Of a stretch of DNA of 64,000 nucleotides, positions 42,351-52,720 are shown one piece after another (positions within the stretch are counted from its first letter, which is position 1; the number at the start of each line of letters is the position of its first letter). The stretch comes from Verrucomicrobiota bacterium (GTDB lineage Bacteria; Verrucomicrobiota; Verrucomicrobiia; Chthoniobacterales; UBA10450). The notes below the pieces were generated by a model. It worked only from the letters and a program-made list of their open reading frames with translations. It searched no databases and was not told the origin of the DNA. The stretch covers positions 4,500-68,499 of the forward strand of contig QHOX01000162.1 in assembly GCA_003219465.1 (NCBI GenBank). The letters run 5' to 3'. A program made the translations under genes and the position numbers.

Positions 42351-43313
42351 ATGATCCTCGAGCCGGTTCACTCAATCGAATTGTCAGAAATACGCGCCGC
42401 GCGTGAACGAATCGCAAAAACGATTGTACGCACGCCACTAATCCGTCTCGAACTCGGACCGGAATTTCCGGAGATCCGCCTCAAGCTGGAGAACCTTCAA
42501 CCGATCAACGCCTACAAGTTGCGCGGCGCAGCCAATGCCGTGGCGATGTTACCTGAAGCTGATCGCAAACGCGGCGTCTGGACAATAAGCGCTGGGAATG
42601 CCGGCCAGGGCGTTGCGTATGCCGCGAGGGCGGCAGGCGTGTCGTGTACGGTCGTTGTTGTTGAAACGGCGCCGAAATCAAAGTTGGGGCGAATGAAAGC
42701 GCTTGGGGCGACACTCATTCCAGTCCCCTACGAGGTTGCTTGGAAAGCACTCGATGAAAGATCATTTCCGGGAGTTGGCGGAACATTCATTCATCCGTTC
42801 GATGATGACGATTTCATTGCCGGTCATGGCACGATGGGATTGGAAATTCTCGAAGACGCGCCAGAGGTGGCCGCTGTCATCGCCAGCATTGGCGGCGGCG
42901 GGTTAATCACGGCCGTGGCCAGCGCAATCAAGCCGTTGAGACCGGAAGTAAAAATCTTCGGCGCTGAACCGGAGACCGCAGCGCCGGCAGCGCTTTCGTT
43001 CGAAAAAGGTTCGCCGCAGGTTTTTCCAAACTGGAAATCGTCATTCGTGGATGGCGCCGGAGGTCAAAGCGTGTTCCCTCGCATGTGGGAACGCATGAAA
43101 CCGATTGTAGATGGCTCTCTGGTTGTCACTCTCGAAGAAACCAAAAATGCGATGCGACTATTGGCCGAAAAAGCGCGGATCATTTCCGAGGGTGCAGGCG
43201 CATTGCCGTTAGCTGCCGCTTTGACTGGGAAAGCTGGCAAAGGTCCAATCGTCGCAGTTGTTTCCGGGGGGAACATCGACCTTCAAAAATTCTCTGAATT
43301 GATAGCGTCGTAA
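42351..43313 (+). CDS. PLP-dependent serine/threonine dehydratase family protein (second paralogue)
   Basis: LKLENLQPINAYKLRGAANAV, SAGNAGQGVAYAA and ASIGGGGLITA. Confidence 0.85.
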   Translation: MILEPVHSIELSEIRAARERIAKTIVRTPLIRLELGPEFPEIRLKLENLQPINAYKLRGAANAVAMLPEADRKRGVWTISAGNAGQGVAYAARAAGVSCTVVVVETAPKSKLGRMKALGATLIPVPYEVAWKALDERSFPGVGGTFIHPFDDDDFIAGHGTMGLEILEDAPEVAAVIASIGGGGLITAVASAIKPLRPEVKIFGAEPETAAPAALSFEKGSPQVFPNWKSSFVDGAGGQSVFPRMWERMKPIVDGSLVVTLEETKNAMRLLAEKARIISEGAGALPLAAALTGKAGKGPIVAVVSGGNIDLQKFSELIAS

Positions 43314-43410
43314 GGGCGCTGGCTGAATTCGCCCAAACGATGTTGACTTTTGCTCCGCGATTTGAAACAAACTTAAGTCAACAACTCAAAGTACAGAGGA
43401 GGAAAAGCAA

Positions 43411-44064
43411 ATGAAGATTGGAGATACAGCACCTGATTTCGAAGCACAAACCAGTGAAGGACAGATCCGGTTCCATGATTGGATCGGCGATTCATGGGCC
43501 GTTTTGTTTTCGCACCCGAAGGACTTTACGCCCGTCTGCACGACCGAGCTTGGTTACATGGCCAAGATCAAACCGCAGTTTGACCGCAGAAATGTGAAGA
43601 TTATGGGATTGTCAGTCGATTCGACTGGCGATCATCAAGGATGGGCAAAGGACATCGAAGAGACTCAAGGTCATGCACCGAACTATCCAATCGTCGGCGA
43701 TGCGGACTTCAAGGTCTCGAAACTCTACGGGATGCTCCCTGCCGAAACAGCAGGCGATGCCAAAGCGCGCAAGCCAGCCGATAACGCGACAGTGCGAAAT
43801 GTTTTCGTCATCGGGCCGGACAAGAAGATCAAGCTTATCCTTGTCTACCCGATGACGACCGGGCGCAACTTCGACGAAGTGCTGCGGGTGATCGACTCGC
43901 TGCAGTTGACGGCCAAGCATCAGGTAGCAACGCCCGTCAATTGGAAGCAAGGGGAAGATGTGATCATTGCGGGCTCCGTATCGGATGAAGAGGCGAAGAA
44001 GCGTTATCCGCAAGGCTGGAAAGCACTGAAGCCATATCTTCGAATCGTTCCGCAGCCGCAATAA
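43411..44064 (+). CDS. 1-Cys peroxiredoxin (Prx6-type)
   Basis: IGDTAPDFEAQTSEGQIRFHDWIGDSWAVLFSHPKDFTPVCTTELG. GGAGGA SD upstream. Confidence 0.9.
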   Translation: MKIGDTAPDFEAQTSEGQIRFHDWIGDSWAVLFSHPKDFTPVCTTELGYMAKIKPQFDRRNVKIMGLSVDSTGDHQGWAKDIEETQGHAPNYPIVGDADFKVSKLYGMLPAETAGDAKARKPADNATVRNVFVIGPDKKIKLILVYPMTTGRNFDEVLRVIDSLQLTAKHQVATPVNWKQGEDVIIAGSVSDEEAKKRYPQGWKALKPYLRIVPQPQ

Positions 44065-44193
44065 ATTAGCGACGAGGGCGGACCGAATCGCGCCGTGCCG
44101 TAATTCAGGCATCTTGCCTGCTCGCAAGCTTCTCAGCGTGCGCTCAAGATGCGTGCTCGATGGGACAGCCATGATCACAATGTCACGGCCTTG

Positions 44194-44973
44194 TTATTCC
44201 TCCGCAGAAAATTCCACCGGATCCTGCTGAAAATACGTGCGTAACTCCGCATAAAGTTTCGGATGGCGAGCGCGCAGCGCACGCGGTCGCTCGAAGAATG
44301 CCTCGATTGATACGGCGAAAAACTCAGCGGGATCAGTCGCTCCGTAAGTATCGAGCAAGGTCAGAATTCCGGTCTTATCTGCGGCGCGCAGCGAGGCAAA
44401 CTCAGTTCTCATAACTTCACTCCAAGCCAATTGCTGCTCCCGCGTCGCCAATGCGGGTACTCCGTCTGCTGCCTGATTTTCAAAATCGAGCTGGTGAGCA
44501 AATTCGTGAAGAACAACGTTCTTACCATCGGAGGGATCAGCTGCGCCATGTTTGACGGCACCCCAGGACAGCACCAGGGAGCCCATTCTACGCCCGGTCT
44601 CGCCAAGGCGACTCACAGTCCCCTCTTGCCAAAGATGCTCTCCAACCTGTCGTTTTTCTTCCGCCATGTACGTCAATGGATAAACGAGAATCGTGAGCAG
44701 CCCGGGGAAATAATCGGTTCTGCGGTGCAACAATAGAAGACAGGCTTGGGCGGCTATGGTCACGCGGACCTCGTCGGTGATCTCGAAACCACCACATCCC
44801 TCGAAACGTTTTTCAGCGAGAAACACTTGAATGTGACCAAGTAGTTCGAAGCGGTCGCTCCCGGACAGTCTGGGAAAAAATACAACATGACGTTGAATCA
44901 ACGTCAGCCATTTTTTCGGAAACGGTCGCGTTTGTAAGCGCCGTCGCCGGCGCTGCTTCAACAACGAAAACAT
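44194..44973 (-). CDS. mtfA: M90 family zinc peptidase (MtfA-like)
   Basis: LLKQRRRRRLQTRPFP..W, then HEFAHQLD (HExxH) and DPAEFFAV. ATG at 44973. Confidence 0.75.
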   Translation of the reverse strand: MFSLLKQRRRRRLQTRPFPKKWLTLIQRHVVFFPRLSGSDRFELLGHIQVFLAEKRFEGCGGFEITDEVRVTIAAQACLLLLHRRTDYFPGLLTILVYPLTYMAEEKRQVGEHLWQEGTVSRLGETGRRMGSLVLSWGAVKHGAADPSDGKNVVLHEFAHQLDFENQAADGVPALATREQQLAWSEVMRTEFASLRAADKTGILTLLDTYGATDPAEFFAVSIEAFFERPRALRARHPKLYAELRTYFQQDPVEFSAEE

Positions 44974-45211
44974 CACAGCGCATTGTAAACGCAACTTTGC
45001 GGTCTGGGTAGCGCACGCGTCTCGCGTTTGGGTTTAGGCGTCGCACCGAAACAGTTTTTGGCTTTGATTTCGCTATCCGCAAAGGGATGAACTGAAAGAA
45101 AAGTTTGTGATTGCGAGGACGCGCTCGCCAGCACGCGGGACACGTACGCTACCCAAGGCCGCCACAATTCCGTCTGGCATTCGACAGCAGACAGTTCTAT
45201 CAGTGGCAGAT

Positions 45212-46327
45212 ATGAAGGCGATCCCTCTTTCCCGCCGAAAATTTGCGCAACTCCTCGGCGCTGGTGCGGCAGCGGCTCTTGTTAGGCCGGCAGTTTCATT
45301 CGCAAAACAATCGGAGCACCTCCCCGCGACCAGCCAGGTTGTGCGCTTGAGCGCGAATGAGAATCCTTACGGACCGTCAACAAAAGCACTGAAGGCGATG
45401 ACTGATTCGTTCACCCTGGCGTGCCGTTATCCGGACGAACATAACAATGTGCTGATCGACAAACTCGCGAAGCTGAACGGCGTCAACCGCGACGAAATCC
45501 TACTGGGCGACGGTTCCAGCGAGATTTTGAAGCTCTGCGCCGAAACATTCACCGGCAAAGAGCGAGGGACACTTGTCGCAGCCGATCCAACTTTCGAGGC
45601 AATTCTGAGCCAGGCAGCTGTGAATGGGGCTGAAACCGTAAAGGTGCCGCTCACGTCAAGTTTTGCACACGACCTTCGAAAAATGCTGGTGGCTGCGAGG
45701 GGCGGTCTCATTTACATCTGCAATCCGAATAATCCCACGGCGAGCATTACACCCAAGGATGAGCTGCGCGAGTTCATCGCAAAAACGCCGCGCGACACAA
45801 TGGTTCTCGTGGACGAAGCATATTTTCACTTCGCCGACAGTCCCGACTACGAGAGTGTGATCCCGCTGGTGAACGATCATCCGAATCTCCTCGTCGCGCG
45901 CACGTTCTCGAAAATTTACGGAATGGCAGGATTACGGTGCGGCTATTGCGTAGCGCAAAAACCATCGATTGATCGCATGCATGCGCGTCAGATGTGGGAC
46001 AGCGTCAACATCATGGCCCTCGCCGCGGCGAGTGCGAGTCTGGAGGATCCCGATCAGGTTCCAAACGGTCAACGGTTAAACAAGGAAGCGAAAAGCTTCA
46101 CGGTCCACGAGCTCGAGAAGGTGGGCTACAAAACCATCCCGTCACAGGCCAACTTCATCATGTTCGACTGCAAGCGTCCTGTCGTGCCGTTAATTCAAGC
46201 AATGAAAGAGCGCAACGTTCACGTCGGCCGCTTGTTCCCATCTCTTCCAAACCACATGCGCGTGACGATCGGAAAGAGTTCGGAGATGGAAAGTTTTGTC
46301 AGTGTGTTCAAGCAAGTCGCCGCGTAA
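45212..46327 (+). CDS. HisC-like class I/II PLP aminotransferase with twin-arginine signal peptide
   Basis: MKAIPLSRRKFAQLLGAGAAAALVRPAVSFA (S-R-R-x-F Tat motif), then LSANENPYGPS, YICNPNNPT and ARTFSKIYGMAGLRCGY (PLP Lys). Confidence 0.8.
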   Translation: MKAIPLSRRKFAQLLGAGAAAALVRPAVSFAKQSEHLPATSQVVRLSANENPYGPSTKALKAMTDSFTLACRYPDEHNNVLIDKLAKLNGVNRDEILLGDGSSEILKLCAETFTGKERGTLVAADPTFEAILSQAAVNGAETVKVPLTSSFAHDLRKMLVAARGGLIYICNPNNPTASITPKDELREFIAKTPRDTMVLVDEAYFHFADSPDYESVIPLVNDHPNLLVARTFSKIYGMAGLRCGYCVAQKPSIDRMHARQMWDSVNIMALAAASASLEDPDQVPNGQRLNKEAKSFTVHELEKVGYKTIPSQANFIMFDCKRPVVPLIQAMKERNVHVGRLFPSLPNHMRVTIGKSSEMESFVSVFKQVAA

Positions 46328-46435
46328 CACCAAAATTTGTAGCTGCGGTTGTGCTCGCCACTCCGAAGCCCTAGCGGAGGCGGGTCAACCAAGAGCCGAA
46401 GCACGTGGGATTGTTGCCTCCGGAGCGTTACAAGG

Positions 46436-46810
46436 TCAGCGTCTCAGCCGAAGAACTCTTGCAGCTTGCGATAAGCGTTTCTTCACCGCGCCAATGATCG
46501 GCGAACGTTTCTCGCCGGTGGTTTCGCCCGTGTCAGCGGCGGATACCGCAATGTCCGGTGGGAACAGCGCCTCAAGCGCTTCGTGATACAAATGTCGATC
46601 GTCCACTGACATTTCGCCGGCGTTGTTAAATTCATTGCCATTGACGATGATCTTTGCGTTCAGTTTCGCCGCGAGTCGCGCCCCGGAATGAAGCTCGGCC
46701 GTCTCGTCCACAGCACGATCATATGCTGCTCTGACATCCGACGGCATCTCATCCGCGTTCGCATACTCCCGGCCGTTGAACCGGATATTGGTTTTGGGCC
46801 TCGCACTCAC
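46436..46810 (-). CDS. hypothetical small protein with an internal duplicated motif, 21 nt downstream of clpB
   Basis: 124-aa ORF with a GTG start. IRFNGREYANADEMPSDVRAAYDRAV and IIVNGNEFNNAGEMSVDDRHLYHEAL are two copies of an NGxE(F/Y)xNxxEM..D.R..Y motif. Confidence 0.45.
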   Translation of the reverse strand: MSARPKTNIRFNGREYANADEMPSDVRAAYDRAVDETAELHSGARLAAKLNAKIIVNGNEFNNAGEMSVDDRHLYHEALEALFPPDIAVSAADTGETTGEKRSPIIGAVKKRLSQAARVLRLRR

Positions 46811-46831
46811 TACAAAGACCAGTAGTGAGAA

Positions 46832-49402
46832 CTATTTCTCGCGAAATTCAAGTGCGCCGTCTTTTGCGTCCACCTGAACGGTCTGACCTTCGCGGACTTT
46901 GCCTTCGAGAATATCGATGCTGAGCGGATCGAGAATTTCTCTTTGAATGGCGCGACGCAAGGGTCGCGCGCCGTAAACGGGATCGTAGCCTTCACGCGCG
47001 AGCAGCGCCTTGGCGGAATCGGACAGCTTGAGCGTGATCTTTTGTTGCTCGAGACGTTTCGACAATCGGCCAAGCTGAATTTCGACAATCTTCTTTAGCT
47101 CCTCTTCACTGAGCCGGTCGAAAATGATGATCTCGTCGACACGATTCAAAAACTCAGGTCGAAAATGCGCGCGCAACGCATCCATCACTAGTCGCCGGCG
47201 CGCTTCGGGAGATTCTTCCTCCGTAATGTATTGCGAGCCGATGTTGGAAGTCATGATGACGACCGTGTTCTTGAAATCGACCGTTCTCCCCTGCCCGTCC
47301 GTGATGCGACCGTCGTCGAGCACTTGCAGCAGCACGTTGAACACGTCCGGATGCGCTTTTTCGATTTCATCGAAGAGCACAACCGAGTAAGGCCTGCGCC
47401 GCACGGCTTTGGAAAGTTGGCCGCCTTCCTCGTAGCCGACATAGCCCGGCGGCGCACCGATCAAGCGCGCCACCGTGTGTTTCTCCATGTATTCGCTCAT
47501 GTCGATTCGGATCATGGCGTTCTCGTCATCGAACAAAAATTCCGCGAGTGCACGGGCCAATTCCGTTTTTCCAACGCCAGTGGGTCCGAGAAAAATGAAA
47601 GAACCCAGCGGCCGATTCGGGTCCTGTAAACCGGCGCGCGCCCGTCGCACGGCATTGGCTACGGCCTTGATAGCTTCATCCTGACCGACCACGCGCAGAT
47701 GCAAATGCTCTTCAAGCTTTACCAGCTTCTCGCGTTCGCCCTCCTGCAATCGCGAAACCGGAATGCCCGTCCAGCTCGACACGACCTCGGCAATATCTTC
47801 CTCGGTCACTTCTTCGCGGAGCAGGCGTTTTTTGGTCTTGGCCGATTTCGCAGTAAGATCGGCCAACTTCTTTTCCAATTCCGGTATGCGTCCATATTGA
47901 ATCTCGCTTGCCTTGGTCAATTCACCGCGCCGCTGCGCACGTTCTAATTCAGTCCGCAGTCGATCGATCTCTTCCTTCACTTTCCGTTGTTCGTCGATGA
48001 CCGCTTTCTCTTTTTGCCACTCGGCTTTCAGCGCGTTCGATTTTTCCTTTAGCTCAGCCAGCTCTTTCTCGAGCTTCTTCAAACGCTCCTTGCTCGCCGG
48101 ATCTTTTTCTTTCTTGAGCGCCTGGCGCTCCATTTCGTGCTGCATGACCTGGCGCTCGATCACATCAATTTCGGTGGGCATAGAATCGAGCTCGATCTTT
48201 AAACGCGACGCCGCTTCATCGACCAAGTCGATTGCCTTATCTGGGAGAAAGCGATCGGTGATGTAGCGATGCGACAGCACCGCTGCCGCGACCAATGCTC
48301 CATCAGTGATACGCACGCCGTGGTGGACTTCGTATCGCTCCTTTAACCCGCGCAGGATCGCGATTGTGTCTTCAACGCTCGGTTCGTTCACTAGCACGGG
48401 CTGGAAACGTCGCTCCAGCGCTGCGTCTTTCTCGATGTACTTGCGGTATTCATCGAGTGTGGTCGCCCCAATGGTGCGAAGCTCGCCGCGCGCCAGCATC
48501 GGCTTAAGCATATTCGACGCGTCCACCGAGCCTTCTGCTGCACCGGCTCCCACAATGGTGTGCAATTCGTCAATGAAGAGAACGATTTGGCCCTGTGCGT
48601 CGGTCACTTCTTTCAGGAACGCTTTGAGCCGGTCCTCGAATTCGCCGCGGTACTTCGCGCCCGCGACCATTGCGCCGATGTCCATCGCAATGATGCGTTT
48701 GTTTTTCAACGAATCCGGGACATCGCCACTGATGATACGCCGCGCCAGGCCTTCGACGATGGCCGTTTTGCCAACGCCCGGATCGCCGATGAGAACCGGA
48801 TTATTTTTCGTCCGGCGCGATAGCACCTGCATAACGCGGCGAATCTCGTTGTCGCGTCCGATCACAGGATCGATCTTCCCCCGCCGCGCCAACTCCGTGA
48901 GGTCGCGCCCGTATTTTTCCAGCGCCTGAAATTTGCCCTCAGGATTTTGATCTGTCACTCGCTGCGAACCCCGCACCTGCTGAAGCCCCTGCATGAGCTT
49001 GTCCCGCGTAACGCTGAAATCCTTGAGTAATTTTGCCGCAGGAACGTTCGCACCGGCGAGGGCGAGCAAATAATGCTCGGCACTCGTAAACTCATCTTTG
49101 AGCTTGGACATCTCCCTTTCGGCATTGTCCAACACGGTCCGGAGTTCGTTAGAGATGCGAAGGTCGGCCGCGGCGCCGTGAATTTTCGGCTGATGCTCCA
49201 ACTCCGAACGCAGCCGTTCCCGCAACTGATCTACGTTTGCACCAATCTTCTCGAGCAGCGGGCGCGCAATCCCATCGCTCTGATCCAGAAGCACGGAAAG
49301 AAAATGCTCGTTTGTGATTTCCGGATGATTATTCTGCGAGGCGAGGTCTTGCGCTGCTTGCAACGCCTCCTGCATCCTCTGCGTGTACCTGTCGATGCGC
49401 AT
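46832..49402 (-). CDS. clpB: ATP-dependent chaperone ClpB
   Basis: 856 aa. Two AAA+ modules ([15 protein letters not shown]; [17 protein letters not shown]) with a long coiled-coil middle domain. Confidence 0.95.
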   Translation of the reverse strand: MRIDRYTQRMQEALQAAQDLASQNNHPEITNEHFLSVLLDQSDGIARPLLEKIGANVDQLRERLRSELEHQPKIHGAAADLRISNELRTVLDNAEREMSKLKDEFTSAEHYLLALAGANVPAAKLLKDFSVTRDKLMQGLQQVRGSQRVTDQNPEGKFQALEKYGRDLTELARRGKIDPVIGRDNEIRRVMQVLSRRTKNNPVLIGDPGVGKTAIVEGLARRIISGDVPDSLKNKRIIAMDIGAMVAGAKYRGEFEDRLKAFLKEVTDAQGQIVLFIDELHTIVGAGAAEGSVDASNMLKPMLARGELRTIGATTLDEYRKYIEKDAALERRFQPVLVNEPSVEDTIAILRGLKERYEVHHGVRITDGALVAAAVLSHRYITDRFLPDKAIDLVDEAASRLKIELDSMPTEIDVIERQVMQHEMERQALKKEKDPASKERLKKLEKELAELKEKSNALKAEWQKEKAVIDEQRKVKEEIDRLRTELERAQRRGELTKASEIQYGRIPELEKKLADLTAKSAKTKKRLLREEVTEEDIAEVVSSWTGIPVSRLQEGEREKLVKLEEHLHLRVVGQDEAIKAVANAVRRARAGLQDPNRPLGSFIFLGPTGVGKTELARALAEFLFDDENAMIRIDMSEYMEKHTVARLIGAPPGYVGYEEGGQLSKAVRRRPYSVVLFDEIEKAHPDVFNVLLQVLDDGRITDGQGRTVDFKNTVVIMTSNIGSQYITEEESPEARRRLVMDALRAHFRPEFLNRVDEIIIFDRLSEEELKKIVEIQLGRLSKRLEQQKITLKLSDSAKALLAREGYDPVYGARPLRRAIQREILDPLSIDILEGKVREGQTVQVDAKDGALEFREK

Positions 49403-49486
49403 CCTTTAACATAGTAAATGCAACTCGTGCGGCAATTCGGCCGCAGGCGTTTGACACAGACGCCTCCACACGGATGAGTGTTTGGC

Positions 49487-50779
49487 ATGAGCGCAGAAGT
49501 GAAATTGAGCACTCGTCACGCGTTGCGCGTGCTGCGGCCCGGAGCGTTTCGCCGATACATCATTGGCAGCGTGGTCTCCGATACCGGCACATGGATGCAG
49601 GTGATGGCGCAGGGTTACCTGATGAGCACGCTCACGAGCAAAGCCCTCTTGCTTGGAATGGCTAATCTTGCCGCTGGTCTTCCCATGCTCCTTTTAACCA
49701 TGGCCGGCGGTTCGGCGGCCGATCGTTTCGATAAACGCAAAATTCTGCTGACCACGCAATACGTCCAGATTGCGCTCGCGATTTCGATCGGGCTTCTGAT
49801 CATGAGCGGCAAAATCCAGATCTGGCACATTCTGGCCTTCGCAGTCCTGCTCGGCATTTCGAACTCATTTGAAATGCCGACGCTAAATGCGTTCGTGCCG
49901 GAGCTCGTCACGCGCGATGAAATTCAGAGCGCGATTGCTGTCGATCGCGCGGTCTTTCACGGTTCGCGCGTCGTCGGTCCGGCGCTGGCAGGGATTTTCA
50001 TCAGCGCGTGGGGCGCGGCTTCGGCTTTTTTTTGCAACGCAATTTCGTTCGTGGCAATGATCGTTGCGCTGTTCACGATTCCGCCGCGTTCCCGGGGCAC
50101 GGCCGAGGAGGAAAGCAGACGCGCCAGTGGAATCAAGGATGGCTTCCGTTACGTCGCTAAAGACAGGCCGAGCCTCGCGATGATCGGCCTGATCGCAGCG
50201 ACGACAGTTTTTATTTTCCCGATCATCACGGTGATGATGCCGCTGTATGTGCGATTGGTGCTGGGACTCGGCGCGGATCGACTTGGCTGTTTAATGGGCG
50301 CTTCGGCAGTCGGCTCGGTAATCGGTGCGATTTTCCTGATTACTCTTTCGCGCGACAAACGTGTGCCGATCATGATGGTGAACGTCATTGTCGTGATGTG
50401 CGCGATTTTGATTTTGTCGCGCGGGCCGAGTTTTTATGTGGCAATGGCTGCGCTCATTTTTAATTCGCTCGGCTTGGCAATGAACTTCGGCCTGGCAAAC
50501 ACGATCGTGCAGGAACGCGCTCCCGATTATCTGCGCGGGCGCGTCTCGGCTGTATTCATGTTGAGCTTCGTTGGGCTAATGCCGGTCGCGGGTTTAGGCA
50601 TCACCGGGTTGTCCGATCTGATTGGGATGCGCACAGCGCTGGCTATTGCGGCTGTTTGTTATGGCATAATCGCGCTCACGGTGCTTGCTCGCGTGCGGCG
50701 ACAATGCTTACAACCGGCAGTCTGCGAAACGTCTGCCGCTGAGACGCCTGCACCGCCTCCGGTCGCCGCCGCTGTTTAG
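49487..50779 (+). CDS. MFS transporter
   Basis: 12 predicted TM segments with GGSAADRFDKRKIL between TM2 and TM3. ATG at 49487. Confidence 0.8.
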   Translation: MSAEVKLSTRHALRVLRPGAFRRYIIGSVVSDTGTWMQVMAQGYLMSTLTSKALLLGMANLAAGLPMLLLTMAGGSAADRFDKRKILLTTQYVQIALAISIGLLIMSGKIQIWHILAFAVLLGISNSFEMPTLNAFVPELVTRDEIQSAIAVDRAVFHGSRVVGPALAGIFISAWGAASAFFCNAISFVAMIVALFTIPPRSRGTAEEESRRASGIKDGFRYVAKDRPSLAMIGLIAATTVFIFPIITVMMPLYVRLVLGLGADRLGCLMGASAVGSVIGAIFLITLSRDKRVPIMMVNVIVVMCAILILSRGPSFYVAMAALIFNSLGLAMNFGLANTIVQERAPDYLRGRVSAVFMLSFVGLMPVAGLGITGLSDLIGMRTALAIAAVCYGIIALTVLARVRRQCLQPAVCETSAAETPAPPPVAAAV

Positions 50780-50780
50780 C

Positions 50781-51695
50781 GTGATCGCGTTTTCCACCTG
50801 CTGGAACTCCGGACGACACACCGACGGAGAAGCAATGCTGAGGGAAATTAAAACCGAGTTCGGTTTTGATTTCATCGAACTCGGTCACGGCATTCGCCTG
50901 TCACTCGTGCCAGGCATCCAAAAAATGTTCGATGCCGGAGAAGTTCGCTTCAGCAGTTTGCATAATTTTTGTCCCCTACCCGTCGAAGTAATGGTGGCTT
51001 CGCCGAACTGCTACCAGTTTTCCGCTCCCTCCACCGATGAATGTGAGCGCGCCGTAAAGCAGACATTTCAAACGATCGATTTCGCCGCGCGGTTAAATGC
51101 GCCGGTCGTTGTTCTGCACCTCGGCGAAGTAAATATGCGGCCCATCACTGACCGGCTCATCGAGCTGGCGAAAACCGGCAGATATTTTTCTCGTAAATAC
51201 GTCAAGCTGAAGATCGGCGCCGTGAAAAAGCGCGAAGAACTCGCGCGTGTTTATTTGCAGCGGGTGAAAGATTGCCTGTTCCGAATCATTGATTACGCCG
51301 AATCCAAAGATGTGAAGATTGGCTTGGAAAGCCGGCGTGGTTATGAGGAAATTCCAAGCGAACGCGAGTTGCCGAGCTTGCTGGACGAGCTGAATTTGGA
51401 ACAGGTCGGCTACTGGCACGATTTCGGCCACTCACAAATTAAGGAAAATTTGGGGTTCATTGATCACGCCGAGTGGTTAGGCGCGGTCGGCTCCAGGGCG
51501 TTTGGCTGCCATGTGCAGGACTGCGTGTGGCCGGCCAGGGACCATGAAGTGCCTTTTACGGGCGGGATAGATTTCGATAAACTTGTTCCGTTTCTTCCCA
51601 CAAACTGCTTATTTGTCTGGGAGATGAGCCCGAACAAGACGGCGGATGCAATTCGCCAATCAGCTCAAACTTGGAACGAACGTTTTGGCGAATGA
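50781..51695 (+). CDS. sugar phosphate isomerase/epimerase (xylose-isomerase-like TIM barrel)
   Basis: AFSTCWNSGRH..GFDFIELGHG, VVVLHLG, IGLESR and YWHDFGH. GTG at 50781, directly after the MFS stop. Confidence 0.7.
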   Translation: MIAFSTCWNSGRHTDGEAMLREIKTEFGFDFIELGHGIRLSLVPGIQKMFDAGEVRFSSLHNFCPLPVEVMVASPNCYQFSAPSTDECERAVKQTFQTIDFAARLNAPVVVLHLGEVNMRPITDRLIELAKTGRYFSRKYVKLKIGAVKKREELARVYLQRVKDCLFRIIDYAESKDVKIGLESRRGYEEIPSERELPSLLDELNLEQVGYWHDFGHSQIKENLGFIDHAEWLGAVGSRAFGCHVQDCVWPARDHEVPFTGGIDFDKLVPFLPTNCLFVWEMSPNKTADAIRQSAQTWNERFGE

Positions 51696-52720
51696 AGAAG
51701 GCTCTGGTCACAATCTTCCAGCTTGGAGTCACCGTCGGGGTACTATATTGGGTCTATCACGATCCAAACAGACGCGCCCAGATGGTGGAGGCGCTTCGGA
51801 ACGCGGAGTATCGCTGGGTTCTGATGGGTGTGTTGGCTTATGCGGTCGTGGAACTGGCTGCTGCGTTTCGCTGGCACGTTTTGCTGAAGGTGCAAAAGAT
51901 TCGCCTCAGTGTCCCGCGTCTTACCGGACTATTTTTCATCGGGTTGTTTTACAACCAATTTCTCCCTGGAGGCACCGGTGGCGACATCATCAAAAGTTAT
52001 TACCTGCTGAAGGAAACGCCTGACAAGAAAGCAGGTGCACTGCTGGCGGTAGTGTTCGATCGATTCATCGGACTCGTTGCCCTCGTGGCGATCACGGCCA
52101 CCCTGATCACGTTGCGATATGATTTTCTTGCCCAGAAACCGGAGACCCGAAATTTACTCTGGCTGTTGCTCATTCTTCTGAGCGCGTCGATTGCTTTCTT
52201 GGTTGCGACGTTCGTCATCAGTGGATTCAAACTGTTCCATTTTTTCCCGGCACACTTTCCGGGTCGTGACAAACTGATTGAGATCTTCGCGGCTTATCAC
52301 CTCTACGCGCATCATTGGAGGGCAACCCTCGTCGCGTTTGGGGCGTCGGTCGTGGCGCATCTTGCAACCTTCACCACTTTCCTCTTTGCCGCTTATGCTC
52401 TGGGCGTGCGGGTGCCGTTGGTTGATTTTTTTGCCATCATGCCGGTGGAACGAACGATCTCCGCTTTGCCGATCAGTTTCGCCGGAATTGGTCTGCGCGA
52501 AAAAATTTTGCAGATCATGCTCAACGGGCTCTGTGGCGTTCCGGAAGCAAAAGCTATTCTCATCGGGTCGCTGAGTTTCGTGATCATTCTCGTTTGCTGT
52601 CTTCCCGGCGCTTTTGTTTACTTGCTTTACAAGCCGAGTGGCGCAGCAGAACGCGTGAAACTTCGCGAAATGGAAGAGGAAGTTGTCACCCTCGAACATG
52701 AATTCGGCGAACCGGAGTGA
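51692..52720 (+). CDS. flippase-like membrane protein (UPF0104 / LPG-synthase TM domain family)
   Basis: Multi-TM protein with ..FRWHVLL..FFIGLFYNQFLPGGTGGDIIK.. ATGA overlap with the upstream gene. Confidence 0.65.
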   Translation: MKKALVTIFQLGVTVGVLYWVYHDPNRRAQMVEALRNAEYRWVLMGVLAYAVVELAAAFRWHVLLKVQKIRLSVPRLTGLFFIGLFYNQFLPGGTGGDIIKSYYLLKETPDKKAGALLAVVFDRFIGLVALVAITATLITLRYDFLAQKPETRNLLWLLLILLSASIAFLVATFVISGFKLFHFFPAHFPGRDKLIEIFAAYHLYAHHWRATLVAFGASVVAHLATFTTFLFAAYALGVRVPLVDFFAIMPVERTISALPISFAGIGLREKILQIMLNGLCGVPEAKAILIGSLSFVIILVCCLPGAFVYLLYKPSGAAERVKLREMEEEVVTLEHEFGEPE

